64,000 nucleotides of DNA. Source: Clostridiales bacterium. Lineage in GTDB: Bacteria; Bacillota; Clostridia; Oscillospirales; Oscillospiraceae. A program made the position numbers and the translations under genes. The notes under the pieces are model-generated. The model made no database searches and was not told the DNA's origin. It saw nothing but the letters and a program-made list of their open reading frames with translations. Numbering within the stretch: the stretch's first letter is position 1; each line of letters opens with the position of its first letter. Shown in pieces: positions 27,040 to 37,600 of the stretch. The DNA is taken from NCBI GenBank assembly GCA_019423635.1, contig JAHZBA010000005.1, positions 5,354 to 69,353 on the forward strand, read 5' to 3'.

Positions 27040-28473
27040 ATGCCCGACCTCATGGGAGCGACCAATCCGGTACCGGGGTATGATGCCGGATCAAATAACC
27101 GCCTTCCGGTCTCGCCCAGTCAAAATACACCCCCTCAGATTCAGAATGTGACGGATCCCAGCCGGGTGGGCCGCGCCGACGGAAAGACAGAGCGGCAGGA
27201 CAGCAGCCTCCAGGGGGACGGCCGCGTCCGCTATGACTCCAACTTCCAGACCTTCCTCCAGCGCCTGCGGGAGACACCGGGGGCCATGGAGAGTCTGACG
27301 CGCATCTTCTCCGGTCAGGGCACGGTGGTGCTCTCCGGGCTGGAGGAGGGCACCGCGGCGGAGATGGCCCAGCTGCTGGAGATGCTCCGGATGGACGAGG
27401 CGGAGCTCTTGAATTTCCTGACGGGGCAGGCCAAGGGGAGCACCCGCTTCGGCGGCGCCCTGTTCGCCCTGCTGCGCACCGCCTACGCCAGGGCGGGGTC
27501 CGAGGGCGTTCGGACGGACATTCTGCAGTTTTTGAAGAGCTATGCGGACTACTCCTCCACCGCCCATGTGGAGGGCAACATCCTGCGCAATCTCTCCCAG
27601 ATGATCGGCGCCATGCCGGCCAGCTGGGCGGACCGGCTGCAGGACCTGCTGGCAAGGCTGGAAAACGGCATGGCGGCGGGAGACCGGCAGGGAAACATTC
27701 TGCTTTTGCAGCGGGAGGTCTTTCCCTACATGTCGGCCTATGTGGAGCGGACCCACGACATGGGCCTGCCCAGGAATCTCCTCTCCCTGCTGGCCCTGGA
27801 CGTGGCCCGGTATGAAAACGGCTCCCTGGAAAAGCTTCTGGAGACCTTCCACCAGCTCAGCGGATACGGCACATTGAAAGGGCAGCTGGGCAAGGTGGAC
27901 GACAAGACGCTGCTGGCCCTGCTGCGGAACAGCCAGCTGGACGCCTCCTCCCAGGCCTCGCAGTTTACCACGCAGCTGCTCTCCGCCGCCTCCAGAGCCC
28001 TGCGGGGCGAGGGAAGCGCCGAGATCCAGCAGGCCTTTCAGAACCTGATTGCCGCCATGCTCATCAACGAGAGCGTCTATATGCCGGTGAACCACTATCT
28101 GATCCCCATGGACTGGAATGGGCGGATGATGTTCTCCGAGCTCTGGGTGGACCCGGATGCGGACCAGGAGAAGCAGGGCGGAGGAGGCAGGAGCAATACC
28201 TTCCGCTTCCTCTTCAAAATGGACATCCAGGATGTGGGGCTGTTCGATGTGATCCTCACCAGCCAGAACGGGGAGGTGGACCTGGACATCCGCTGTCCGG
28301 ACCGGGTGGCGCCCTTTTCCAGGCAGGTGGAGGAGGCCGTCTCCGGCATCCTGGAGCGAAACGAGCTGCGTCCGGCGCATATCAGCGTGCGGCGTATGGA
28401 GCGCCCGGTGGCATTGACCGAGGTGTTCCCCAAAATCTTTGAAGGGAAGAACAGCATCAATGTCAAGGCGTGA
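27040..28473 (+). CDS. FliK-like (YlqG-type) protein with C-terminal hook-length-control/T3S4-like domain
   Basis: C-terminal beta-rich ELWVDPD..FLFKMDIQDVG.FDV.L....VDL.I then INVKA; overlaps the FlhB-like gene. Confidence 0.65.
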   Translation: MPDLMGATNPVPGYDAGSNNRLPVSPSQNTPPQIQNVTDPSRVGRADGKTERQDSSLQGDGRVRYDSNFQTFLQRLRETPGAMESLTRIFSGQGTVVLSGLEEGTAAEMAQLLEMLRMDEAELLNFLTGQAKGSTRFGGALFALLRTAYARAGSEGVRTDILQFLKSYADYSSTAHVEGNILRNLSQMIGAMPASWADRLQDLLARLENGMAAGDRQGNILLLQREVFPYMSAYVERTHDMGLPRNLLSLLALDVARYENGSLEKLLETFHQLSGYGTLKGQLGKVDDKTLLALLRNSQLDASSQASQFTTQLLSAASRALRGEGSAEIQQAFQNLIAAMLINESVYMPVNHYLIPMDWNGRMMFSELWVDPDADQEKQGGGGRSNTFRFLFKMDIQDVGLFDVILTSQNGEVDLDIRCPDRVAPFSRQVEEAVSGILERNELRPAHISVRRMERPVALTEVFPKIFEGKNSINVKA

Positions 28474-28780
28474 AGAATTCCGGCCCCCGGCCAAGAAGGC
28501 GGTGGCCCTGCACTACGGTGCCGGCGACAATGCGCCGGTGGTGGTGGCCTCCGGACAGGGGTATCTTGCGGAGAAGATCGTGGAGCTGGCCGCCGACAAC
28601 GGCGTGCCCATCTACGAGGACAACTCCCTGTCCACGATCCTGACCCAGCTGCAGCTGGGCCAGGAGGTCCCGGAGAATCTGTACCAGGCAATCGTGGAGA
28701 TCTACGTCTATTTCCTGAAATTTGACCCCAGCGCCCGGGACGGCGCGCTGGAAGACGGCGGCGGCCGCAAGGAGGAGTAA
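28460..28780 (+). CDS. FlhB C-terminal-like protein (FlhX/YlqH, EscU/YscU family)
   Basis: KKAVALHY..APVVVASGQG.LAEKIVE.A....VPI.ED..L......VPE.LY.AIVEI. Confidence 0.92.
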   Translation: MSRREEFRPPAKKAVALHYGAGDNAPVVVASGQGYLAEKIVELAADNGVPIYEDNSLSTILTQLQLGQEVPENLYQAIVEIYVYFLKFDPSARDGALEDGGGRKEE

Positions 28781-28783
28781 CGG

Positions 28784-29416
28784 ATGGAAACCAATCGTCA
28801 GGACGATAAGCTGTACATTCTGCTGGACAGCGGGAATACCCCTCTGGCCCACTGCCTGCTTCAGGGGCCCACGGACGGGCAGACCCTGCAGATTGAGGTG
28901 CTGGGCGGCAGGGAGGAGGATGTGGCGGCCCACGAGGTGGTGGAGCTCATCAGCATGGGCCGCGGCAAGGACTACCAGTGCAAGGTGCTGCGGCAGCGGG
29001 GGGAGCGGTTCTCCCTGGAGAAGATCATGGAGCTGGACCCGGAGGTCCGGCGGAATCTGCGGGTGCCCATCCGCTTTGAGAGCTTTCTCTACCCCATCAC
29101 CGGCAAGTGGAAGGGGCGGCGGAAGATCCGCTCCATCGACCTCAGCTGCGGCGGCATCGGCTTTTTCAGCGGGCCGGGCCTGCAGGTGGGCGAGCGGATG
29201 GAGGTGGTGATCTCCCTGACGGATGAGCCGCTGATTCTCCGCTGCGAGATCCTGCGGATCAACGAGCTGAAAGAGGAGCGGGTGATGTACGCCGCCAAGT
29301 TTGTGGACATGTGCGAGGACGAGGAAGTGATGGTGCGCAAGGCCGTTTTCAGTATCCAGCTGCAAAACGAGATGCGGCGCGCGGATTTTGAAGAGGACCT
29401 GGAGGACGCGACATGA
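28784..29416 (+). CDS. PilZ-domain c-di-GMP receptor
   Basis: RRNLR (RxxxR) and DLSCGG (DxSxxG). Confidence 0.9.
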   Translation: METNRQDDKLYILLDSGNTPLAHCLLQGPTDGQTLQIEVLGGREEDVAAHEVVELISMGRGKDYQCKVLRQRGERFSLEKIMELDPEVRRNLRVPIRFESFLYPITGKWKGRRKIRSIDLSCGGIGFFSGPGLQVGERMEVVISLTDEPLILRCEILRINELKEERVMYAAKFVDMCEDEEVMVRKAVFSIQLQNEMRRADFEEDLEDAT

Positions 29417-29433
29417 GCGGGAAGGAGAGACCC

Positions 29434-32400
29434 ATGAACAGGAAGAAGAGCGTGTGGAGACGGATGACGGCCTTTGTCCTGGCCGCGGTGATGCTGGCGG
29501 GGCTTCTGCCGGCGGCCGTGCCGGAGGCGGAGGCCGCCGAGTGGATGGAGCCCTATTTGAACCAGGTAGTGGACTGGGGCATCATGCGGGGCAATGCCGC
29601 CGGCGATCTGAACCCGGACCGGCGGATCACCCGGGCGGAGTTCGTCACCATGGTAAACCGTGCCTTCGGCTATACGGAGGTGGGTCCCAATCCCTTTAAC
29701 GACGTGCCGGACAGCGCCTGGTATGCCGAGGACATCTGCATTGCCCACAAGGCGGGCTACTTCAACGGCACCAGCCCCACCACCGCCTCCCCCAGCGCCC
29801 TGGTGACCCGGGAGCAGGCGGCGGTGCTCATCGGCCGGAACCTGCGCCTGCAGGGCGGCAGCGGACTCAACAGCGACTTCACCGACAGCCGGGAGATGGG
29901 CGCCTGGAGCCGCGGACTTGTGCAGGAGGCCGCGGATCTCGGCATCATTCAGGGCTACGCGGACGGCGCCTTCCGTCCCAAAGCCAGCATCACCCGGGGC
30001 CAGGTGGCCTGTTTTCTGGTGCGGGCCCTGGGCTCTTTGATCCATGAGCCCGGCGAGTACAACAACATGGGCGTGTACGGCAACCTCACCATCAACAGCC
30101 CCGGCGTGACGCTGCGGGGCGCTCTCATTACCGGCAACCTCTACCTCACCGGCGGCGTGGGTCTTGGGGACCTGGTGCTGGAGAACGTGGAGGTCCAGGG
30201 CAAGATCATCATTGCCGGCGGCGGCGAGGCCCAGGCGGGCGAGAACAGCATTCTCCTGCGCAACGTGAAGGCGGACACCATGGAAGTGGACAGCATGGCC
30301 GACCAGTTCGTCACCATCCGCTCGGAGGGCCTGACGGACATCGGCACCACCAACGTGCGCACCCAGGCCTACCTGGAGGATGTGACCACCGACGATCTGG
30401 GCCTGCGGAAGATCAACTTTGACGCCGCGGGCGGCGCCCGGCTGGATCTGGCGGGCAACATCAAGGAGTTCACCAACCTGACGCCGGACTCCACCATCAA
30501 CCTGGCCCAGGGCATCATCCAGAAGGTGACCGTGGACGAAAAGGCCACCAATGCCACGGTGAATATCGACGCCACCACCAGCGTGAAGGAGATCAACCTG
30601 GACGTGGGGTCCACCATCGCCGGCAGCGGCGACATTGAGCATATGAATGTGGACGCCGCGGGCACCACCAGCTCCATTCTGCCGGACACCATCTTTGTCC
30701 GGCCCGGCATCAACTCCAACATCAAGGGCCAGCAGATGGATTCCGCCGCGGCGGCGGAGTCCTCCGAGGACCCCCGCCTGCTGACGGGCTATCCGGCCGT
30801 ACGGAACGTGGCCTCCCGCAGCGCCACGGCGGTGTTCAGCACCAATAAGGCCGGCACCCTCTACTGGGGCCTCAGCGCCCTGGCGGACGGCTCTCTGGGG
30901 GAGGAGGATCTGACCTCCACCTCCACCACGGCCAACCCCAAGGTGATCCGCAGGGGCACCGTCAACGTCACCGCCGGCAAGACCGAGGTGACGGCGGCCC
31001 TGACCGGACTGACCATCGACGGGTCCTACTATGTCTCGGCCCTGCTCCAGGACAACCGGGGCCAGCGCAGCGCCGTGAAGGTCACCGCCTTCGTGACCCC
31101 GGACGACACCACCCCGGCCTTTGTCACCGGCTATCCCACGGCCATTCTGGCGGAGAACGACGACGGCGAGCAGATCATTCAGTCCCGGGTCATGGCCAAC
31201 AAGACCTGCCGGCTCTACTACGCGCTGATGCCCAACAACTCCACCGCCCCCACCGCCGCCGACTTCAAGGCCAACTCCCTCAGCGGCAACCTGGGCTACG
31301 GCGTGGTGGATCTCCGGAAGAACGTGCCCTGGCTGATTCCTCAGGTGAACTCCGCCCACCTCCGGGAGGAGACGGACTATGATCTGTACCTGTGGCTCAC
31401 CGACGTGGACGGCGCCCGGAGCTCCGCGGTGCGGAAGATCGACGTCCGGACCCTGGACAAGACGCCGCCGGTGATCCTGGACCTGGAGTCCGTGGACGCC
31501 ACGGCCACCAGCGTGTCCATGCGGGTGACCATGAACGAGCCCGGCACGCTGTACTGGGCCGTGGTGAAGGAGGGCGCCCAGTTCTACCGCCAGGACGCCA
31601 GCGAGACGGACCCCCTGCCCAACACCGAGACGGCCAAGATGCAGATTGAGACGGGCCTGGGCGCCCTGCGCAAGGGCAGCGTCAACATCGGCCAGGCGGA
31701 CACCCCTGTCAGCTTTAGCGTCTCCGGCCTTGCGGCCCAGACGGGGTACGACCTGTACTTCGTGGCCAAGGACCGCTCCGGCAACTACTGCGTCTTCCCC
31801 TCCGACAACCCCAAGGACGATCTGGTGCCCCCCATGCAGATCCGGACGCTGGACGGCCTGGCTCCCACGGTGAAGCAGGAGTTCAGCCCCGACGGCGAGA
31901 CCCTGACGCCCAACGCCGACAACTCCATCCTCCTGGTCTTCTCCGAGCGGGTGCTGGGCGTGCAGGACGTCAACGGCAAGAAGGTGACCAGCAACTTCCT
32001 GGAGCTCTATGACCAGGTGGTGACCGCAAGCAGCGTGGGCAAGGGTGAAAAGGAGGCCAAGGACGCCCTGGCCAACGCCCTGGCCGCCCACATCAAGCTC
32101 TGGCGGGTGGACAGCAAGGGCACCGTCAACCCCGATCCCCGGACCTCCGCCAACGAGAACACGGCCAATCTGGACTGGATTGTGGACTTCCGCAAGGCCC
32201 GGGTGGAGATGGACAGCTCCGGCAGCGGAGAGATGATCCTCACCCTGCCCTACAATGAGAATCTGGTGGACAGCGGCCTGAATCTGGCCAGCGGCGCCAC
32301 GTACTACTTCACCCTCACCGGCATTGAGGACATGTCCAACAACAAGATGGAGGGCGTCCGGGGCATCACCACCCTGCCCCGGTTCAAGACCCTCTCCGCC

Positions 32401-34587
32401 ACGGTGAATCTGGACATCGGCAACACCATGAATATCGGGACCACAGGCGACGGCGTGGGCGGGGGCAAGATCGCGGATCTGAGCTTCACCCTGACGCCCA
32501 CCGGAACCTCCAGCGTGGAGTCCGGGACGCTGTGGGATATGCTGCTGTGGACGGACACGGCCATGGCCTATGAGCTCTACTCCCGGACCGAGACCGGCCC
32601 GGATACCTGGAGCGAATGGAAACTGGAGGGCACCGTCTCCGTGGACCCCTCTGGCGGCCAGGGCGGCAAGACCTATGTGAGCCTGATGAATTCTCAGAGT
32701 CTCCGGAACACACAGAACAAGTTTGAATCCTTGAACAAGCTGACCGAGGTGACGGAGTTCGCTGTCCATGTGACCCGGGTGGGTTCCAGCGAGGACCGCA
32801 CGTCCTGGAATGTGCGGATCGGCATGGGGGCCACTGTGGTGGCAGGTCCCTTCTCCGCCCTGCGGATCACCAGCCCGACGGTGGCCGGTGACCAGAGCAA
32901 CCTGGACGCCGGCAAGAAGGCCGGGGCAGAGTCCATCGGCATCCCGGACCCCTTTGACATGATTATCCCCATTGACGACAGCAAGCCGCCGGTGTTTCAG
33001 CCGAAGTCCTATCCCCAAGTGGAGCCGGGCGACATCAGTGCCACTCTGCGGGTAATGCTGGACCGGGACGGCTCCGTGTTCTACGCGGTGGCCCCGGTGA
33101 CCAGCGACGCCAACCGGACGGGAACCAGCACCAACTATAACTGTCCGGCCACCCCCAATGGATTGGATGGCAAAATTCCGGCGTTGGGGACGATTCCGGA
33201 GGTGAATCCCACGGCGAAGGCAGGGAGTGCTTATGATGACTCTCCCGCTTATCAGGATGCCCATGAAGGTTTGCCGGTGTCGATTCCCTATGTGACGGAT
33301 GTGACTGGCGGAATCAATGACATTCCCGGCGTGATCTCCGGAAACAGCAAAGGGAAGTACCCCAATGGCCTGACGGGAAAGATGATGCAGGAACTCCAGA
33401 TTGAGGGTTTGACGGCAAACACCACCTACATTCTGTACATCGTCACCCAGGGAAAATCCCCCATCTACTCCGAAAACGTGCTGGCATATCAGTTCACCAC
33501 TCTGGATGCCCTGCTGCCCAAGATCGACATTACCCGCAACAGCAGCACCAGCGCCACGGTTCAGGTGAACAGAAGCTCGGAGCTGAGCTATGCGTTGGTG
33601 CCCACCAACACACTGACCAAGGACCGGGGTTCCCCCTTTGCCGCAGATTTTACAGGCGATCTGGTAAACGACAAGTGGACAGCGGATGTACAGAAGCAGT
33701 ATCCAAACGTCAAAACTCTGTTGGATGCCATGCTTACCGGCTGCTACAGCGGCAGAACTTATCTGGGCTCCGTCTATGATATCTATGGCAACGATGAACA
33801 GAAGAGCCACTATGCGGATCTGATCAGTCAGGCGGAGTCGGGCGGTGTCACGGATGTGGCGATGACAGACCGGGATGTGCCGGTGACGGTAGCGCCCGGA
33901 GCAGCGTCCGGCCGGCTGAATCTGAGCCCTATGACGGGTATGAAGGGCACCGACTGGTATACGCTGCTGGTGGCGGGCCGCACAGTCAACGGCTCCGGTT
34001 ACGCATTCCGGGCCTCCCGCTCCTATTTCAACGCCAGTCAGACCCTCCTCAGTGTGACAGACTGTACGCTGTCCGCCACGTCGGACACTGTGGGAGCCGC
34101 AATTCCAACCTGTAGCGGAAAGCTGAGAATCAACTTCAGCGACAGCCTGCACTATCGGGTCAGAGATTTGAACACCGGTGAAGAGAAGCGGTATCCGCTG
34201 GATAGCTGTATGCTTGCAACCGGGACGCACACCGGAGACAACAATGTCTCTCTTCCTAACGACACAAGCACTCCCAAGACACCCGGCGGGTATGTCAATA
34301 TTGGCAGCGTTATGTCAATCTCTCCCCTTGGGACCGGGTCGATTACGCTGCAGGACAAAGATGTCCATGACAAGCCGGTTGGGCAGCTTCTGAATTTTAC
34401 CGTAGACAAGGTCCGGGCGGGCAGTACAATCTTCTTCCAGATGAATCTCTGCGGTGCCAGCCACAACGTGCGGGAGAACACGACGCTGACAGTTACCATC
34501 AACTATACGCCGCCGTCCAAGGACGCACCGGCGGGGACGGACGGCGTCTGGACTGCGGATGTGACGCCCACTGTCTGGAAGAGCTGA
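29434..34587 (+). CDS. Giant surface protein: signal peptide, 3 N-terminal SLH domains, beta-helix-like region, repeated Fn3-like modules
   Basis: ITRAEF, VTREQAA, ITRGQVA SLH motifs; repeats of TLYW/LYY/VFY...L...T.Y.LY. Confidence 0.9.
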   Translation: MNRKKSVWRRMTAFVLAAVMLAGLLPAAVPEAEAAEWMEPYLNQVVDWGIMRGNAAGDLNPDRRITRAEFVTMVNRAFGYTEVGPNPFNDVPDSAWYAEDICIAHKAGYFNGTSPTTASPSALVTREQAAVLIGRNLRLQGGSGLNSDFTDSREMGAWSRGLVQEAADLGIIQGYADGAFRPKASITRGQVACFLVRALGSLIHEPGEYNNMGVYGNLTINSPGVTLRGALITGNLYLTGGVGLGDLVLENVEVQGKIIIAGGGEAQAGENSILLRNVKADTMEVDSMADQFVTIRSEGLTDIGTTNVRTQAYLEDVTTDDLGLRKINFDAAGGARLDLAGNIKEFTNLTPDSTINLAQGIIQKVTVDEKATNATVNIDATTSVKEINLDVGSTIAGSGDIEHMNVDAAGTTSSILPDTIFVRPGINSNIKGQQMDSAAAAESSEDPRLLTGYPAVRNVASRSATAVFSTNKAGTLYWGLSALADGSLGEEDLTSTSTTANPKVIRRGTVNVTAGKTEVTAALTGLTIDGSYYVSALLQDNRGQRSAVKVTAFVTPDDTTPAFVTGYPTAILAENDDGEQIIQSRVMANKTCRLYYALMPNNSTAPTAADFKANSLSGNLGYGVVDLRKNVPWLIPQVNSAHLREETDYDLYLWLTDVDGARSSAVRKIDVRTLDKTPPVILDLESVDATATSVSMRVTMNEPGTLYWAVVKEGAQFYRQDASETDPLPNTETAKMQIETGLGALRKGSVNIGQADTPVSFSVSGLAAQTGYDLYFVAKDRSGNYCVFPSDNPKDDLVPPMQIRTLDGLAPTVKQEFSPDGETLTPNADNSILLVFSERVLGVQDVNGKKVTSNFLELYDQVVTASSVGKGEKEAKDALANALAAHIKLWRVDSKGTVNPDPRTSANENTANLDWIVDFRKARVEMDSSGSGEMILTLPYNENLVDSGLNLASGATYYFTLTGIEDMSNNKMEGVRGITTLPRFKTLSATVNLDIGNTMNIGTTGDGVGGGKIADLSFTLTPTGTSSVESGTLWDMLLWTDTAMAYELYSRTETGPDTWSEWKLEGTVSVDPSGGQGGKTYVSLMNSQSLRNTQNKFESLNKLTEVTEFAVHVTRVGSSEDRTSWNVRIGMGATVVAGPFSALRITSPTVAGDQSNLDAGKKAGAESIGIPDPFDMIIPIDDSKPPVFQPKSYPQVEPGDISATLRVMLDRDGSVFYAVAPVTSDANRTGTSTNYNCPATPNGLDGKIPALGTIPEVNPTAKAGSAYDDSPAYQDAHEGLPVSIPYVTDVTGGINDIPGVISGNSKGKYPNGLTGKMMQELQIEGLTANTTYILYIVTQGKSPIYSENVLAYQFTTLDALLPKIDITRNSSTSATVQVNRSSELSYALVPTNTLTKDRGSPFAADFTGDLVNDKWTADVQKQYPNVKTLLDAMLTGCYSGRTYLGSVYDIYGNDEQKSHYADLISQAESGGVTDVAMTDRDVPVTVAPGAASGRLNLSPMTGMKGTDWYTLLVAGRTVNGSGYAFRASRSYFNASQTLLSVTDCTLSATSDTVGAAIPTCSGKLRINFSDSLHYRVRDLNTGEEKRYPLDSCMLATGTHTGDNNVSLPNDTSTPKTPGGYVNIGSVMSISPLGTGSITLQDKDVHDKPVGQLLNFTVDKVRAGSTIFFQMNLCGASHNVRENTTLTVTINYTPPSKDAPAGTDGVWTADVTPTVWKS

Positions 34588-34595
34588 CACGCGCC

Positions 34596-34624
34596 GCAGG
34601 AGGGCGGAAGATCCGCCCTCCTGC
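34596..34624 (+). other. GC-rich intergenic hairpin without U-tract
   Basis: gcaggagggcgga-aga-tccgccctcctgc between the two SLH genes. Confidence 0.6.
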
Positions 34625-34651
34625 CCGCCTGCATGAAAGGAGCGGAACCAC

Positions 34652-37600
34652 ATGAACTGGAAACACCGGGCCGGCGCGCTGCTGCTGGCCCTTGTGACGG
34701 CGCTGTCCCTGGTCCTTCCCGCGGCGGCGGCCGATATCTCCGTGACCGGCGTGACCTTGAGCTCCAAGACACTGACCCTGAAAATGGGCGGCACGGAGAC
34801 CGGCACCCTCACTGCCACAGTGGAACCGGCCAACGCCACGAATCAGAATGTCAGCTGGGACAGCAGTGATGAAACAGTGGCAACGGTGACGAATGGCACA
34901 GTGACGGCCAAGAGAGAGGGCATCACTCGCATCACCGTGACCACGGAGGATAACAAAAAGACGGACTTCTGTAACGTCACGGTGGCGGCTGCGGACCCGC
35001 CGAGAGAACTGACCATGACCATCACCGGCGACCAGGAGACCGAGGAGGGCAAGGAGGTGGCACTCCGGCTGGAGCTCTCCGACCGGACCGAGACCGTGCA
35101 AAGCGTGACCTGGACCCCTAACAATCTGGTCTCCGACAGCACGCTTTCTGGCCACACCGTGGTGGCGAAGTTCCGCAGCGATCAGAAGGGCACCTATGAG
35201 GTCCAGGCCACGGTGGTCACCGCGAAGAACAAGACTGTGACCGGTAAGATCACCATCAAGGTGAATGAAAAGCCGGTGACGCCGCCGGTGGAGACGCCCG
35301 CCGTGGGCATCGCCATGAACCAGCGGTCCCCGGTGTACATCAACCGCAGCGCCGGCACCACCCTCACGGCGGTCACCACCCCCTCCAACGCCACGGACCC
35401 GGTGACCTGGGAGATCGTCTCCGGTGAGAGTGTGGTGAAGCTGGTGCCCAGTACGGAGAACGACCGCGTCTGCGTGGTGGAGGGCCTGACCACCGGCGCC
35501 GCCACCGTGATTGCCAAGGCGGGGGATGTTCAGACGGCCCCCTTCGTCATCGAGGTCAACGGCCTCGTTCTGGAGCCCACCACCCTGGACCTCTTCGAGG
35601 GCGGCGAGCCGGGCACCCTGGTGGCCAGCCGCTACGGCGCCGCCCGGTCCATGCAGCTGCTCTGGGAGACCCAGAGCGAGCCCATCGCCTCCGTGGTCAA
35701 CGGCAAGGTCTACCCCAACGGCGTGGGCACCGCCAAGATCATCGTCTCCGCCGGGGCCAACTACCGCTCGGAGTGCACCGTCACCGTGAAGGAGAACGTG
35801 GCGGGCATCATCGAGGCCGGCAGCGTCCAGAACGGCGCGTCCTTCTCATTCTCCGAGGGGAACCTTCTCAGCGACCTGCGCAGCCGCTGTACCAGCATGA
35901 CCAGTCAGTCGCTGCGGCTGGTGCGGGGACTGGCGGTCTCCCCCAGCCAGGGCATCTTACATTACAAATATAACTCCACGGAGTTCCAGGGCCAGGGCGT
36001 GGGCAGCGAGCCCTACTACCTCACCCAGCCCTCCTCCAGCAACCCCCAGCGGCTGCTGACGGACGTCACCTTTGTCCCCGCCGTCGGCTTCACCGGCAAT
36101 GCCGATATCAGCTACACCGGCGAGAGCACCGAGGGCAAAAACTTCAACGGCACCATCCGTGTCAACGTGAAGAGCACCGGAGATGTGACCTACAGCACCG
36201 CCACCAATCTGCCGGTGACCTTCGAGGCGGCGGATTTCACCGCCATCTGCCGGGCCAAGCAGGGCCAGGAGATTAAGTATATCTCCTTCCAGCCCGTCTC
36301 CTCCGGCAGGGGGACGCTGTACCGCAATTACAGCACCACGGCGCAGTACAACCCGCCGGTCACCGCCTCGGATAAGTATTACCGCACCAACAAGCCCCTG
36401 CTGGACGAGGTGACCTTCGTCCCCGCCGAGAATACCACCGGCACGGTGAAGATCCCCTATACCTGTGTCACCACCGGCAATGGCAGCTACAGCGGCACCG
36501 TGACGATTTTCGTGGAGGACATGTCCCTGACGGAGGAGGGGGCGGTGAATTATACCGTGGCCCCCGGACGCACGGTGGACCTGCGGTCGGCGGACTTCAA
36601 CAGCGCCTGCCGGGAGGTCACGGAGACCACGCTGGATTACATCCGCTTCGACAGTCTGCCCGACTCCTCTCAGGGGACGCTGTACTTCAACTACCGCAAT
36701 GCCTCCAGCACCGGCAGCCGGGTCACCTCCGGCACCAAGTACTACCGCACCGGCTCCTCCCAGATCTCCGACATCACCTTCGTGCCCGCCGGCGGCTATA
36801 CCGGCTCCGTGTCTGTGCCCTTCACCGGGTACAACACCAAGGGCGACAGCTTCAGCGCCCACATGGTGATCCGGGTCACGGAGTCCGGCGGGACCGTGCG
36901 CTACTCCATCCAGGAGAATGATACGGTGACCTTCGACGAGCGGGACTTCAACGAGGCGTTTCGAAGCATGACGGGAGAGCCCCTGGAATATGTTACCTTT
37001 GACCTGCCCGCCTCCCGGGAGGGAAAGCTGTACCGGAATTACCGCAGCAGCAGCTCCAGCGGCAGCAGCGTCAGCTCCTCCACAAGGCTCTACTACGACG
37101 GCCGGCCGAACATCTCCGATGTCACCTTCGTGCCTGCCAGCGGCTTTACCGGCACGGTGTCCTTCACCTACCGGGGCTATGACGAGGACGGAGACCGGAC
37201 CAACGGCACCGTGGAGATCACCGTCGGCGGCACCGGGAGCAGCACGATTTATTACAGCGGCGTCAATACCCAGTCCATCGCCCTGCGGCTGACGGATTTT
37301 CAGTCGGCCTGCACCTCCGTACTGGGTGGGACGCTTTCCTACATCCGCTTCAGCAGCCTGCCCGGCGCCGGCGTGGGACAGCTGCGGCAGGACACCGGGT
37401 CCTATGTCTCCACCGGCACCAGCTATTACGCCGGCACCAGTCCCTCCATCAGCCAGCTGTCCTTCCTTCCCAGCACCAGCTACCAGGGGATTGTGAGTAT
37501 TCCCTATACCGGCTGGGATACCCAGGGCAGGAGCTTCAACGGCAATATTGAGATCGTTGTGAGCGGAGGCTATACGGCCTCGTCCACCTTCACGGATCTG

